From positions 1-58,516 of the forward strand of contig JALTKX010000155.1 in the NCBI GenBank assembly GCA_027006055.1: a stretch of 58,516 nt of DNA, read 5' to 3'. Made by a program: the position numbers and the translations under genes. A model generated the notes under the pieces. It saw only the letters and a program-made list of their open reading frames with translations. It did no database searches and was not told where the DNA came from. Origin of the DNA: Calditrichia bacterium. Its GTDB lineage: Bacteria > Calditrichota > Calditrichia > Calditrichales > J004. This document shows positions 57,836 to 58,516 of the stretch, piece by piece. Within the stretch, counting starts at the first letter, position 1; the number at the start of each line of letters is the position of its first letter.

Positions 57836-58516
57836 GTACGGCAACAAAGCCGGTAAGCGATCCGGGTGAGTTTTTGGTGGCCGAGTTTATTAAAACGGGC
57901 AGTGTATCGATCAAGGAAAAGATCATACAGGCTTACGCGCCGATGATAAAACACATTGTGGGTCGTTTTAATGTGCGTTTTTCCAATACCTTAAGCGCGG
58001 ATGATCTGTATCAATATGGCATACTGGGTTTGCTTAAGGCGCTGGAGCGCTTTGATCCGGAGTTGAAAGTGCCGTTTAAATCCTATGTTTATCGCCGCAT
58101 ACACGGAGAAGTGGTGGACGCGCTGCGGCGGGAAGGTTTGATCGGCCGGGACATGTATGAGAAGGTGCGCATGGTGGAAAAGGCCAGCCGCAAGCTGATG
58201 GCCGAGTTGGGGCGTGAACCTTCCGCGGATGAGGTCTGCGCGCGGCTTGATATAAGCAGCGAAGTTTATCATAATATCGTTAACGTGGCGCAGATGACTT
58301 ATATGACTTCGTTGAATACAGCCGTTCAGGATGATGAAGGGGGTATTGTGTATAAAATTGATATGCTGCAGGACAGCGCTCAGCTTAGCCCGGAAGATTT
58401 GATGGAAACAAAAAATCTGAAAAAGCGCATGCGCGATGTGGTGCGGCGGTTGCCGGAGCGGGAACGCCTGATACTGGCCCTCTATTATTACGAAGAACTG
58501 ACCCTGGCCGATATCG
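57832..58516 (+). CDS. fliA: FliA/WhiG sigma28 factor, 3' truncated (missing from the ORF track)
   Basis: Translation by hand: MSTATKP...DDLYQYGILGLLKALERFDP...RRIHGEVVDALR...LGREPS...LPERERLILALYYYEELTLADI. Confidence 0.93.
   Translation, partial: MSTATKPVSDPGEFLVAEFIKTGSVSIKEKIIQAYAPMIKHIVGRFNVRFSNTLSADDLYQYGILGLLKALERFDPELKVPFKSYVYRRIHGEVVDALRREGLIGRDMYEKVRMVEKASRKLMAELGREPSADEVCARLDISSEVYHNIVNVAQMTYMTSLNTAVQDDEGGIVYKIDMLQDSAQLSPEDLMETKNLKKRMRDVVRRLPERERLILALYYYEELTLADI

Noticed and set aside
621-58272. Numerous minus-strand and alternate-frame ORFs (e.g. 9314..10300, 53946..54833, 40725..41423, 57991..58272)
   Set aside because: They lie wholly over well-supported + strand genes and have no recognisable motifs; they are antisense shadows.

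Overview
A dense, almost entirely + strand motility locus with no mobile elements, CRISPR arrays, rRNA or tRNA detected. About 1-19.8 kb is chemosensory cluster 1: a partial FapA/DUF342 gene, a dual-Hpt CheA, three MCPs (globin-coupled, sensor-less poly-HAMP, CHASE8-like), CheW/R/B/D, two CheY, CheX, CheZ, a second FapA, two response regulators and a sigma54 activator. About 20-32.1 kb is chemosensory cluster 2: CheY-like proteins, an RsbW-like kinase with a STAS protein, a hybrid CheA-REC, CheW, CZB- and NarX/PilJ-type MCPs, CheB, CheR and a HEAT-REC protein. From 32.4 kb to the end is a flagellar operon: flgBC-orf-fliEFGHIJ-motE/ylxF-fliK-flgD-TIGR02530-flgE-motAB-fliLM-fliN/Y-fliOPQR-flhBAFG-orf-fliA, with fliA truncated and absent from the ORF track. 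The best candidate for an undescribed system is a two-hairpin structured RNA in the flgE leader that can mask the RBS, sitting directly after the TIGR02530 gene, whose product has a RelE/DUF4258-like 'FSxHAxxR' start. Other notable items are a YfiR-like protein paired with a CHASE8-like MCP, a 940-aa FliK with four 56-57-aa tandem repeats, a degenerate FlhF/FlhG pair, a Na+-type stator signature, and visible sigma54 and sigma28 promoter sets. All calls come from motif recognition by eye; no searches were run and taxonomy was not determined.
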